Positions 1 through 9,003 of a stretch of DNA of 32,000 nt are shown here, one piece after another. The notes under the pieces were generated by a model that made no database searches, was not told where the DNA came from, and worked only from the letters and a program-made list of their open reading frames with translations. The stretch is from Candidatus Saccharimonadota bacterium (GTDB lineage Bacteria > Patescibacteriota > Microgenomatia > UBA1406 > GWC2-37-13), in NCBI GenBank assembly GCA_016700135.1, contig CP065004.1, forward strand, positions 510,001 to 542,000. The letters are read 5' to 3'. Made by a program: the position numbers and the translations under genes. Position 1 is the stretch's first letter. Each line of letters begins with the position of its first letter.

Positions 1-126
1 TTCAAGTATCGGAGCAACAACTTTACATGGGCCGCACCATTCGGCATAAAAATCTACGACTACTACGCCTTTGTGATCAACAACGTCGTTTTGAAATGTT
101 TCTGATGTTACTTGTACTGCGGCCAT
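1..126 (-). CDS. trxA: Thioredoxin, N-terminal part (gene continues past the left edge)
   Basis: Reverse-complement translation from the ATG at 126 gives MAAVQVTSETFQNDVVDHKGVVVVDFYAEWCGPCKVVAPILE, with the canonical WCGPC redox motif at the expected position. Confidence 0.85.
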   Translation of the reverse strand, partial: MAAVQVTSETFQNDVVDHKGVVVVDFYAEWCGPCKVVAPILE

Positions 127-384
127 ATTCTTTTGTTAAATATTAACGGTATGACATTGTACACGATCCGGTATCAGTTTTTCAATGAATATTTAATCAA
201 GTTTCTTAATTATGTGTTATGATTATGTCTATAGTATTCGTTTTAATGAAGGGAAATATCTGATTTTCCTCTGTATTTTTCGAAATTTCAGGTATACTTG
301 CAATATCAACGCACATTCTATATACATTTTACGAACGTTAACGTGTTGTTATTTCGTGAAGAATGTGGTATATTATAGGCTCAT

Positions 385-1248
385 ATGGATGAATATTTTC
401 TTCCGAAGCTTTTGGAACGATTTGTCTCGTTTCTGAATGACCAGGGAAAATCAAAGTTTACGGTAGTTGCCTACAAGAAAGATATTGAGCAATTTATCGG
501 CTATTTGGCTTCTCATGAGAAGTCCGATATTCGTGACGTAAAAAAAGAGGATATTGAAGGCTTCATCCAGAATCTGCTTGAAAAGAAATACACTAAAAAA
601 TCCGCTTCACGTAAGCTCAATTCCATCAGAACTTTTTTCAGATTTTTGAAGCATGAAAGCGTCATCAGTGCAAATCCTGCATTTGACATCTCACATCCGA
701 AATATGTACAAACTCCGCCTCGCATTCTTTCAAAGATGGAGTATCGTGCACTTCGGGACGTTGCAAAAGAAGATCCCCGCACCTATGCTCTTGTTGAAGT
801 TTTGCTTCAGACCGGTATTAAGATCGGAGAACTTGCAACACTTCGCGTCGGAGATATCAATAGTAACGTCATTCATATTCAGAAATACGGTAAAAATATT
901 GAGCGTGATGTCCCGTTGAATAATGCAGCCGCTAAGGCTCTGGAAGTTTATATCAAAGACCGCGGTGAAAATGCTAAATCGGATCATGTTTTTATCACCA
1001 GAACTGGGAATCCGCTTCTTATCAGAAACATCCGACAGATTATTGACCGTTGTTTCCAGGAAGTCGGTATTGAAAATGCCACAGTAAATGACCTTCGCAA
1101 CACATTCATCGCTCATCAGCTGAGAAACGGTGCAACTCTTGAATACATCTCAAATATCGTCGGACACCGACGAATCTCTTCTACCGAAAGGTTTCTCAAC
1201 CTTGTCAAACAGGAAGCAGACCGAAAAGAGAAACTCGGCGAGCTGTAA
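385..1248 (+). CDS. Tyrosine-recombinase (XerC/XerD-like) homologue with substituted active-site residues
   Basis: 287 aa. N-terminal SAM-like core-binding region. Box I reads LLQTGIKIGEL and box II reads NDLRNTFIAHQL...VGHRRISSTERF. Hand alignment to XerD places K at Arg-I, N at His-II and F at the nucleophilic Tyr. Confidence 0.8.
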   Translation: MDEYFLPKLLERFVSFLNDQGKSKFTVVAYKKDIEQFIGYLASHEKSDIRDVKKEDIEGFIQNLLEKKYTKKSASRKLNSIRTFFRFLKHESVISANPAFDISHPKYVQTPPRILSKMEYRALRDVAKEDPRTYALVEVLLQTGIKIGELATLRVGDINSNVIHIQKYGKNIERDVPLNNAAAKALEVYIKDRGENAKSDHVFITRTGNPLLIRNIRQIIDRCFQEVGIENATVNDLRNTFIAHQLRNGATLEYISNIVGHRRISSTERFLNLVKQEADRKEKLGEL

Positions 1249-1266
1249 TCTTGGTATACTTTCTTC

Positions 1267-1680
1267 ATGAATATTACAGTCCACACAGACGGCGGCTCAC
1301 TCAATAACCCCGGACAGGCCGCAATAGGTTTTCATATAGATGAAGGATCCCGCAGAATTCATGACCACAGTGAAGCAATCGGTATTGCCTCAAACAACGT
1401 TGCGGAATATACTGCGCTTATTCGTGCTTTGACCTATCTGAGAGATAAAATAGCTGTCAAAGAACTGAACGTAGAACGAATTCTTGTCATCGCGGACTCT
1501 GAACTTATGATCAAACAGGTCACGGGACTCTACAAAGTCAAAAATCCGGATATCCGCACGCTTTTTAATCAGGTAAAAGTCCTCGAAATGGAACTTGGAG
1601 TCCCGATTTCTTACAAGCATGTTCTTCGCGCAGAAAACTCAGAAGCAGACGCCCTGGTGAAAAAAGCTCTCGGCAGATAA
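1267..1680 (+). CDS. rnhA: Ribonuclease HI family protein
   Basis: 137 aa with a DEDD-type pattern: HTDGGS, NNVAEYTALI, IADSEL, SEADALV. TGgTATACT lies 6 nt upstream of the ATG. Confidence 0.75.
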   Translation: MNITVHTDGGSLNNPGQAAIGFHIDEGSRRIHDHSEAIGIASNNVAEYTALIRALTYLRDKIAVKELNVERILVIADSELMIKQVTGLYKVKNPDIRTLFNQVKVLEMELGVPISYKHVLRAENSEADALVKKALGR

Positions 1681-1786
1681 CCTTGGAACTTGCAGGCTGT
1701 AGAAGGCGGCTGGTACCGAGGAAAGTTAGTTCCTACAAGCTACATACTACTAGCTACAAACTTCTCTCTCCGCTATACTGATATAT

Positions 1787-2617
1787 ATGGACCAGCATCC
1801 TATACCACGTCAGATTACGACATTTGAATTTAAACTGATCGGGTTTATGACCCTGAAGCAGTTTTTGTATCTTGCCATTTTCTTTCCGATAGGATTTATC
1901 ATCTATAAAGTAGTTCCCGTTGCTTTTTTGAACGTCCTTCTGGGAGTGCTTGTCGGTGCTGTGGGGATAGCGTTCGCATTTATTCCGATCCAGGACAGAC
2001 CGATGGAACAATGGATTCGCAATTTTATCAAGCGGCTCAATTCTCCCACACAGTATGTATACAAAAAACATAATAATTCAGTGTCATTTTTGGAAGATTT
2101 ATATTATGCCTCGGATCCTCATTTGGCAGTTTCGCATGTAGATACAAAAGAAAAACTCAATAAGTATCTGGCGGCAAAGCAGATAGCGGAACCGGGTGCT
2201 CCCACTGATCAGAAACGGGTAAAACAACAAGTCCATATTGATGACTTACTTCATCAAACGAAACACATTGATCCGACGCAAATAAAAAAAGGTCAGGGAA
2301 CATTGAAAGGACAAACCTCAAACCCGCAGGCACAGCCGTCAGTGAAACAGCCTTTTGTGACTGGCATCATCAAAAACCGCAGAAATATTCCGCTACCCGG
2401 AATTCTGGTGTCAATAAAAGATCAAAACGGACAGCAACTGAGACTGTTGAAGACCAATCCGCACGGCATATTTGCCACGTATAATCCGCTTCCTGAGAGC
2501 GACTATTCATTCGAGATCTCTGATCCAAACGGCAACTACTTTTTTGATACAATGAATGTACATATTCAGCCCGGAAAGCAGAATCCCATCATGTTTTACT
2601 CAAAGGAAGTCTTATGA
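1787..2617 (+). CDS. PrgI/VirB3-like T4SS membrane protein with a C-terminal carboxypeptidase-regulatory-like beta-sandwich domain
   Basis: The N-terminus (IPRQITTFEFKLIGFMTLKQFLYLAIFF plus a second TM helix) resembles PrgI-family proteins. The C-terminus (GILVSIKDQNGQQLRLLKTNPHGIFATYNPLPESDYSFEIS) resembles CarboxypepD_reg. The stop overlaps the next ORF (ATGA). Confidence 0.55.
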   Translation: MDQHPIPRQITTFEFKLIGFMTLKQFLYLAIFFPIGFIIYKVVPVAFLNVLLGVLVGAVGIAFAFIPIQDRPMEQWIRNFIKRLNSPTQYVYKKHNNSVSFLEDLYYASDPHLAVSHVDTKEKLNKYLAAKQIAEPGAPTDQKRVKQQVHIDDLLHQTKHIDPTQIKKGQGTLKGQTSNPQAQPSVKQPFVTGIIKNRRNIPLPGILVSIKDQNGQQLRLLKTNPHGIFATYNPLPESDYSFEISDPNGNYFFDTMNVHIQPGKQNPIMFYSKEVL

Positions 2618-3270
2618 CAAAAACGAAACCGACATCACCGAAAAAATCAACGACACAGGACTTTATCGAAATCGAAGATATCAAAGACGATATTGTTCTG
2701 ATGAAGGACTTTTCAGCAGCAACCATCATTGAAGTGGGTGCGGTCAATTTCTGGCTATTATCCGCTGAAGATCAGATGTCTATGATCTATACATACGGAA
2801 GTCTGCTGAACTCTCTATCCTTTCCGGTCGAGATCGTTATTATCTCAAAAATGATGAATATTGCTTCATATATTGAGTATCTGCAGGCAAAGATTGAAAA
2901 TCAGAAAAATGAGGTTATCCGAACACGTCTTGAGGATTACCGTGAATTTATCAAAATGGTTGTCAAGAAGAATACGGTCATGGAAAAAAGATTTTTCTTT
3001 TCCGTTCCGTTCAATCCCCTTGAGATGGGAGTGACGGGGATGAAAGCTCAGAAGTACGGTAGAGAATATATTCTCAACAGGGCAAAAACCTCGCTGTATC
3101 CGAAGCGTGATCATTTATTGAGACTCCTTGCAAAAGTAGGACTTAAGCCGACCGTACTGCAAAAGCAGGAGTTAACGGAGTTGTTCTACAATCTTTACAA
3201 CCCGTCAGCAACCGGTAAGCAGCTGGCTCCGATTGACAGTTATGTCGACGTGGTTGTCACAAACGGCTAA
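2614..3270 (+). CDS. T4SS-associated protein resembling the N-terminal region of Gram-positive VirB4 (TrsE/PrgJ-type) ATPases
   Basis: 218 aa. TQDFIEIEDIKDDIVLMKD...IIEVGAVNFWLLSAEDQ matches my recollection of the TrsE/PrgJ N-terminal pattern. Translationally coupled to the upstream gene and followed 13 nt later by the ATPase ORF. Confidence 0.45.
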   Translation: MTKTKPTSPKKSTTQDFIEIEDIKDDIVLMKDFSAATIIEVGAVNFWLLSAEDQMSMIYTYGSLLNSLSFPVEIVIISKMMNIASYIEYLQAKIENQKNEVIRTRLEDYREFIKMVVKKNTVMEKRFFFSVPFNPLEMGVTGMKAQKYGREYILNRAKTSLYPKRDHLLRLLAKVGLKPTVLQKQELTELFYNLYNPSATGKQLAPIDSYVDVVVTNG

Positions 3271-3283
3271 TTTTATAGTATTT

Positions 3284-5059
3284 ATGGGTTTATTCGGAAA
3301 GAAAAAAACAAAAGATGAGGCAAAACAGCCGAAAGGAAAGGCCGTTTTACCGAGCGGTGCAAAAAAAGTTGCCGATGTACTGGCAAAAGGAGATGTGGGA
3401 GTAAAAGATCTGATTGCACCCTCATATGTAGAAGTCGATTTCAACCACATAAAAGTCGATGCAAAGTATTACCGAACCTTATTTGTTGTCGGTTATCCCC
3501 GGTATGTATCCGCAAACTGGCTCCACTCTCTTATCACCTATGATCATCCTCTCAATGTTTCCATGTTTATTTACCCTTCGGAATCAAAAGAAATTTTGAA
3601 TGAATTAAAACGGAAGATCGCTGAAATGCAGGCTACTATTGAGGCCGACATGAAAGCCGGAAAAGTCGTTGATCCGACAGTGCAGGTAGCTCTCGATGAT
3701 GCACTGGCTCTGCAGGCAGAACTTGCCAAAGGTGCCGAACGGTTTTTCCAGTTCGGATTGTATGTCACAATCCCTGCAGATTCGGAAGAAGAACTGGATA
3801 CGGTCACAAAAGAGATTGATTCGACACTCTCTTCTCTCCTTATCGTCTCCAAGCAGGCAACACTTGAACAGGAAGAGGGATTCAAATCAACCCTTCCTCT
3901 TTTCCGTGATAAACTCAGTGTCTGGCGAAATATGGATACGACTTCCTTAGCGATGACGTTTCCCTTCTCAACGGCCTCTTTGACTCGTAATGAAGGGATT
4001 TTGTACGGTTTGAATCAGCATGACGGAAGTCTGATCATTTTTGATCGGTTCACTCTGGAAAATGCCAATGCCGTCATTTTGGGAAAATCAGGAGGAGGAA
4101 AGAGTTTTATGGTCAAGCTTGAGGCACTGAGATCTCTTATGATGGAGGTTGACGTGATCATCCTTGACCCCGAGAATGAATACCGGACACTGTGTAAGAA
4201 CTTAGGAGGTGAGTTTGTTGATTTCTCGGCTAGCTCCGAATACAAACTTAATCCGTTTGATTTGAATGCCGAGCAGCCGGAACCTGACGAACTTTCCAAC
4301 AAAATCCTTGATCTGCATTCGTTGATGAAGGTCATCATGGGAGAGCTCACACCTTCTCAGGATGCTCTGTTGGATCGGGCTCTTGTATTGACTTACCGGG
4401 AAAAAGGAATCACGCAGGATCCTGAGACGTTTAAAAATGAACCTCCACTTCTTGAAGATTTATATAAAATTCTGATCGGTATGGAAGCCGTAGAGGCAAG
4501 AGAACTGGCCGACCGTTTAGAGAAATTCGTCAAAGGATCGGCAACCGGTATTTTTAATAGTCTTTCAAACTTTGATATCAAAAACAACTTTACAGTTTTC
4601 GGTATTCGGGATCTTGAAGAGAACCTCAGACCGGTTGCGATGTATATTGTCCTTGATTATATCTGGCATACGGTACGCCGCGGTGAGCCGAAGCGGCGAA
4701 TACTCATCGTCGATGAGGCGTGGTATCTGATCAAGAATAAGGATTCAGGTGCGTATCTTCACAATTTTGCCAAGCGCGCCAGAAAATATAAACTCGGTAT
4801 GACGACGATTACTCAGGACGTAGAGGACTTCTTGGCAACGGAAGAAGGAAAGGCAATCATAACAAACTCAAGTCTACAAATCATTCTCAAACAGTCTACC
4901 GCAGCTGTTGATAAAATCACTAAGACGTTTTATCTGACGGGTGGAGAGAAACACTTCTTGCTTTCCGCCGGTGTTGGTGAAGGATTATTTTTCGCCGGTC
5001 AGTCCCATGTGGGATTTCAGGTCATTGCATCCGATGAAGAAAAACGCCTTATTGAGTGA
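3284..5059 (+). CDS. virB4: VirB4/TrsE-like type IV secretion ATPase
   Basis: Walker A is GKSGGGKS and Walker B is RRILIVDEAW, with a TITQDVEDF motif. The ATG at 3284 (MGLFGKK) is preferred over the TTG at 3233, which overlaps the previous ORF. Confidence 0.85.
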   Translation: MGLFGKKKTKDEAKQPKGKAVLPSGAKKVADVLAKGDVGVKDLIAPSYVEVDFNHIKVDAKYYRTLFVVGYPRYVSANWLHSLITYDHPLNVSMFIYPSESKEILNELKRKIAEMQATIEADMKAGKVVDPTVQVALDDALALQAELAKGAERFFQFGLYVTIPADSEEELDTVTKEIDSTLSSLLIVSKQATLEQEEGFKSTLPLFRDKLSVWRNMDTTSLAMTFPFSTASLTRNEGILYGLNQHDGSLIIFDRFTLENANAVILGKSGGGKSFMVKLEALRSLMMEVDVIILDPENEYRTLCKNLGGEFVDFSASSEYKLNPFDLNAEQPEPDELSNKILDLHSLMKVIMGELTPSQDALLDRALVLTYREKGITQDPETFKNEPPLLEDLYKILIGMEAVEARELADRLEKFVKGSATGIFNSLSNFDIKNNFTVFGIRDLEENLRPVAMYIVLDYIWHTVRRGEPKRRILIVDEAWYLIKNKDSGAYLHNFAKRARKYKLGMTTITQDVEDFLATEEGKAIITNSSLQIILKQSTAAVDKITKTFYLTGGEKHFLLSAGVGEGLFFAGQSHVGFQVIASDEEKRLIE

Positions 5060-5155
5060 TCTTGATTACTTCATTGAAGCGAGCATATCATACAAAAGAA
5101 GCTATTAAATCTGGTATAGTTATTATCTCCTTGTTATATACTCTACACTATAGTC

Positions 5156-6835
5156 ATGAACAGAAATTTGCCGTTTCTTGAAAAAGGAAGCACCGGATCG
5201 CTGTCTTTCCACGGTAGCGGAGGAAACTCTTCCAGCTTCTTCTTTATGCTCTACGTAGTCGGAGTAAGTGCTTTTTTTTTGACGGTTATCGTCCGGCTCT
5301 TTCAGCTTACGATCGTAAAAGGAAATTATTATGCCCAGCTTGCCGAAGACAATCGTATCCATGAGATTATTATTGAAGCTCCGCGCGGGAAAGTTTATGA
5401 CCGGAAGGGTATCATGCTTGCGGGCAGCACTGGTCCGGATATCACTGAGGAACAGGATAGAGTCGAATCGAAGCGTGTTTATTACAACGCCGAGGCCTTT
5501 TCTCATATTTTAGGATATAGGCAGATTGCGGATAAAAATGATCTTGCAAAAGATGCATGCCTCAATAAGTTGAAGATCGGAGATAAGGTCGGGAAAAAAG
5601 GTATAGAACAATTGTATGAATGCGATCTGCGGGGACAGCGGGGGAAAAAACTGGTAGAGGTTGATGCTATGGGTGATCAGATCAAAACATTGAGTATTTT
5701 AGCTCCTACCGCAGGGAAAGATATTCAGCTTGCGCTTGACTCCTATTTGCAGGAAAAAGCTCATGAACTGCTAAAAGATCAGAAAGGTTCAGTCGTAGCT
5801 CTTAAACCGAAAACAGGAGAAGTACTTATTTTAGAGTCGGCACCAGGATTTGATCCGCAGCTTTTTGAAGACGGCGACACTACAAGGACTCAGGAACTCA
5901 TTACTGACCCTGATAAACCTCTTTTTAACCGTGCACTTGAAGGTAATTATCCTCCCGGATCAACATTCAAGATGTTCGTTGCTTCTGCCGGACTAGAGGA
6001 GGATGTGATCACTCCTGAGGAAACAATTGAGGACAACGGAGTGCTCGAAGCCGGGCCGTTGAAGTTCCACAACTGGTATTATCTTGAGTACGGCCGTACC
6101 GAAGGGCCGGTAGACATGATCAAGTCTTTGCAGCGTTCCAATGACATTTACTACTATACCTTGGGAGGGAGATTGGGACCGGAAAAAATTAAAAAATGGG
6201 CGGAAGAATTCGGTTTTCAAAACAAAACGGGAATTGGTTTATATGAAATTGCTGGCATAATCCCTTCCTCCTTCTGGAAGGAGGAAGTATTGGGTGAGCG
6301 CTGGTACCTCGGCGACACTTATAATCTTTCTATCGGCCAGGGGTATGTGACCTCTACTCCCCTCCAGGTTGCCGCTGCCACTGCCGTATTTGCCAATGAC
6401 GGATATTTATGTAAACCGCGCCTTCTAAAATCGTCGTCTGAGAAGGAAAGTGACTGTCGAAAAGTGTCGATTTCAGAAAGTACTTACGATGTTGTCAGGG
6501 CTGGAATGAAAGCTGTTTGTGAAACAGGAGGGACAGCGTATCCGTTTTTCGATTTCAGAGTCGGCAAAAAAACTGCTTCAGAGAGCGCTAAGGTGTCAAC
6601 AGACGAGACAAAGCTAGCAATGGAAGGTACCCGGATAGAAGTAGGCTGCAAGACCGGAACGGCAGAATCTCACGCTGAATCGGGGAAACCGCATGCCTGG
6701 TTTACGATTTTTGCTCCCTATGAGAATCCTGAAATAGTAGTGACGGTACTCATTGAAGAAGGCGGACAAGGATCCGATGAAGCATCTCCGGTAGCAAAAG
6801 AAATATTAGAGGCATATTTTGAGCGTGTGGAATAA
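5156..6835 (+). CDS. mrdA: Penicillin-binding protein 2 (class B transpeptidase)
   Basis: 559 aa with an N-terminal TM helix. Catalytic motifs are STFK (PPGSTFKMF), SND (QRSNDIYY) and KTGT (CKTGTAE). Confidence 0.9.
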   Translation: MNRNLPFLEKGSTGSLSFHGSGGNSSSFFFMLYVVGVSAFFLTVIVRLFQLTIVKGNYYAQLAEDNRIHEIIIEAPRGKVYDRKGIMLAGSTGPDITEEQDRVESKRVYYNAEAFSHILGYRQIADKNDLAKDACLNKLKIGDKVGKKGIEQLYECDLRGQRGKKLVEVDAMGDQIKTLSILAPTAGKDIQLALDSYLQEKAHELLKDQKGSVVALKPKTGEVLILESAPGFDPQLFEDGDTTRTQELITDPDKPLFNRALEGNYPPGSTFKMFVASAGLEEDVITPEETIEDNGVLEAGPLKFHNWYYLEYGRTEGPVDMIKSLQRSNDIYYYTLGGRLGPEKIKKWAEEFGFQNKTGIGLYEIAGIIPSSFWKEEVLGERWYLGDTYNLSIGQGYVTSTPLQVAAATAVFANDGYLCKPRLLKSSSEKESDCRKVSISESTYDVVRAGMKAVCETGGTAYPFFDFRVGKKTASESAKVSTDETKLAMEGTRIEVGCKTGTAESHAESGKPHAWFTIFAPYENPEIVVTVLIEEGGQGSDEASPVAKEILEAYFERVE

Positions 6836-7010
6836 TCTTCTTGTTTTTATTGTTTTGTCGTGTAAAATAAAACTTTCGTCTACATCTGTCTTATTCTTTT
6901 CTAAGAAACACACCGTCAAACAAGTGAGTCTTTAAAACACTATAAGATATTTTGTGGTATAATATTCTTTTGAATAATTTCAAAATTCCATAGAATTTTG
7001 GCATGCAATT

Positions 7011-8174
7011 ATGCTTAGTCTTGAAGAACGTGAATTGGAACCGAACCTCTCTTATGATCCGGCAATTTTCAAAGAGAAGTTTAAACGTAAGCTTGAACAA
7101 GGTATTCGCCACCCACTGGGAGGCGACAAATTTGCAAGCGACTCCTGCAGTGGTCTTTTATTGGCTTTGGAAGAGGATCCTTCATTTCTTGAGCTGTTTT
7201 CTGAGGCTCAGAGATTAAAAGGTCCTTCTTCAAGTACTGAAATGGCGAATTTGGCAACGGTTCATGCTGTAAATTACATCATGACATTCGGTGAGGGAAT
7301 ACAAAATTATCCTTCTGCATTGGGGTTAACAGACGCAGTCGCGTGGAAAGATAAAGTATATTCACGTGTACAAGGGCCTTATGCGGACGAATACTTGCGT
7401 CTGCTTGTTGAGAAGCACGCAAATACAAACATTCCGAACCGCGGAGCACATTTACCGTTTTTATTTCATACCGCGTTTCCGGGGCAGCGGGTAAAAATCT
7501 GTGATGTAGGGGCTTCTGGAAACGGCATATTGGGTAAATTGGCATATAACGGGTACCGAGCAGATACTCCTTATCTTTTTCAAAGCGACACAACTGCTGC
7601 TCAGGGAGTAAACGGCCTTATCCGATATTACGCAAATGAACGGGTCGATTTTTGGGGTGTCGGCTTTGATATTTCGAACATGCATAGCTCACCTGAACAG
7701 GAGAATTGGTTTTTAGTAAATGACTACATAAAAAATATGAATGAACCGTATCTTGCTGCAAAAAGGGCACGTATGGAATTGTATCGGAAGGCGCGGAATG
7801 TGCATTTTTTCCAAGGAGATATGACTCAGCCGCATTTCAAAAGAGGTGCGCTTGATTATATCAACTTCTCATCCACGCTATATGAACTTACGAAAGAACA
7901 GCGTGCCTTAGCTTTAAAGTATGCTTTCGAGGCAACAAGCAGTCCTACAGGGTTGGTAGGAGTGGCGGATAGGATTGTCGTCCAAAACGGTGAACTTGTG
8001 TTTACGAAAGATCGGAGTAAGGGATCATACGGACTTGCTCTGAACGGACAACGGACCGGAGGAAGATGGATCAATCCGATACGGATGGCCGATAGCACTT
8101 GTGAAGTATATACTCCCGGTCCTGACTGGGAAGAATATCTTCAATTATTCCCGCCTCAACTTGAATGTGAATAA
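7011..8174 (+). CDS. Hypothetical protein, possible class I SAM-methyltransferase-like fold
   Basis: A long 387-aa ORF with no competing frame. VKICDVGASGNG (motif I-like), GVGFDIS and LDYINFSSTLYEL resemble Rossmann methyltransferase motifs, but weakly. Confidence 0.45.
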   Translation: MLSLEERELEPNLSYDPAIFKEKFKRKLEQGIRHPLGGDKFASDSCSGLLLALEEDPSFLELFSEAQRLKGPSSSTEMANLATVHAVNYIMTFGEGIQNYPSALGLTDAVAWKDKVYSRVQGPYADEYLRLLVEKHANTNIPNRGAHLPFLFHTAFPGQRVKICDVGASGNGILGKLAYNGYRADTPYLFQSDTTAAQGVNGLIRYYANERVDFWGVGFDISNMHSSPEQENWFLVNDYIKNMNEPYLAAKRARMELYRKARNVHFFQGDMTQPHFKRGALDYINFSSTLYELTKEQRALALKYAFEATSSPTGLVGVADRIVVQNGELVFTKDRSKGSYGLALNGQRTGGRWINPIRMADSTCEVYTPGPDWEEYLQLFPPQLECE

Positions 8175-8253
8175 GTTACGAAAGATATGGCACTCATAGG
8201 GAACTAACATCTATGAGTAAATGGGGAGGAGATCAGCTTCGAGTAATTAGGAG

Positions 8254-8968
8254 GGCTCTAGACTAGCAGAGTAGTGCTAAACTAGAGGTATGGTTTGTAA
8301 CAATAGGCCGATATCAAAATACAAGAGAAAAAAGATACTATGGTGTTTTGCACACGATCTGAGTGCTACACAGACCTCTGGTATTTTGGGTCTCAACCGC
8401 AATACAGTCAACAAATATTACAATAATATTCGTCAACTCATATATCATCACCAAGTGCACCAGATGCAACGATATGTTGGTGGTGAGATAGAAATTGATG
8501 AATCATACTTTGGACCTCGAAGGATGAGAGGCAAGTCAAGTAAAAGAGGTCGTGGGACGTCATTTAAGCAGGTAGTATTTGGGATATATGAGCGTCAAGG
8601 ACGTGTATTTACTCGTATCATTCCAAACTGTAAAAGAAGAACGCTACATGCTGTTATGAAGGGAAAGATTGACTTGAACAGTACTGTATATTCAGATTCG
8701 TGGAGCGGATACAACGGACTTGTTGATGTCGGGTATGACAAACATTTGAGAATCAATCACAAGAAAAATGAGTTCTCAAATACAAAAGGGGTCCATATCA
8801 ATGGCATAGAGTCATTCTGGTCCTTTTGTAAAAGACGTCTCGTTAAGTTCAATGGTGTAAAGAAAAACTTTCCATTACACTTGAAAGAGTGTGAATGGAG
8901 ATGGAGCAAATCCCCATCGATCCTTTACAATGAACTATTACAAATTGTTAATGTGCTAGTCTAGAGCC
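8254..8968 (+). mobile_element. IS1595-family insertion sequence, copy A (715 bp)
   Basis: 15-bp perfect terminal inverted repeats: GGCTCTAGACTAGCA at 8254-8268 and TGCTAGTCTAGAGCC at 8954-8968. Flanked by the direct repeat TTAGGAG (8247-8253 and 8969-8975). Same length and ends as the copy at 23677-24391. Confidence 0.85.
8290..8964 (+). CDS. IS1595-family (ISXO2-like DDE) transposase
   Basis: 224 aa. An N-terminal HTH-like region, then IEIDESYFG...VFGIYER...SDSWSGY...INHKKNEF...HINGIESFWSFCKRRL, typical of the ISXO2-like transposase domain. Confidence 0.8.
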   Translation: MVCNNRPISKYKRKKILWCFAHDLSATQTSGILGLNRNTVNKYYNNIRQLIYHHQVHQMQRYVGGEIEIDESYFGPRRMRGKSSKRGRGTSFKQVVFGIYERQGRVFTRIIPNCKRRTLHAVMKGKIDLNSTVYSDSWSGYNGLVDVGYDKHLRINHKKNEFSNTKGVHINGIESFWSFCKRRLVKFNGVKKNFPLHLKECEWRWSKSPSILYNELLQIVNVLV

Positions 8969-9003
8969 TTAGGAGTTATGACTGGCAGTACAATAGAGAT
9001 CTT

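Noticed and set aside
212-436. 74-aa plus-strand ORF in the trxA / xer-like intergenic region
   Set aside because: The composition is typical of AT-rich non-coding DNA (Tyr/Phe/Asn/Ile-rich with Cys clusters). It overlaps the promoter and start of the Xer-like gene.
1681-1786. Possible structured RNA or terminator between the RNase H gene and the PrgI-like gene (GGAACT...AGTTCC and CTTGCAGG...CCTACAAG pairings)
   Set aside because: The stems are short, mutually exclusive and imperfect. There is no U-run and no resemblance to a known RNA family that I can recognise.
3233-3283. The TTG start at 3233 for the VirB4-like ATPase, and the idea that 2614-3270 and 3284-5059 are one frameshifted gene
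   Set aside because: The ATG at 3284 gives a non-overlapping start (MGLFGKK). The second frame is open only from 3176. The junction regions look like natural termini and a low-complexity Lys-rich linker. A frameshift cannot be excluded, but nothing positive supports it.
6891-7218. ORFs 6891-7112 (minus strand) and 7003-7218 (plus strand) near the start of the 7011-8174 gene
   Set aside because: They are short ORFs rich in Phe/Lys/Leu, in AT-rich intergenic or overlapping sequence. The 387-aa frame starting at 7011 is the only long coherent one.
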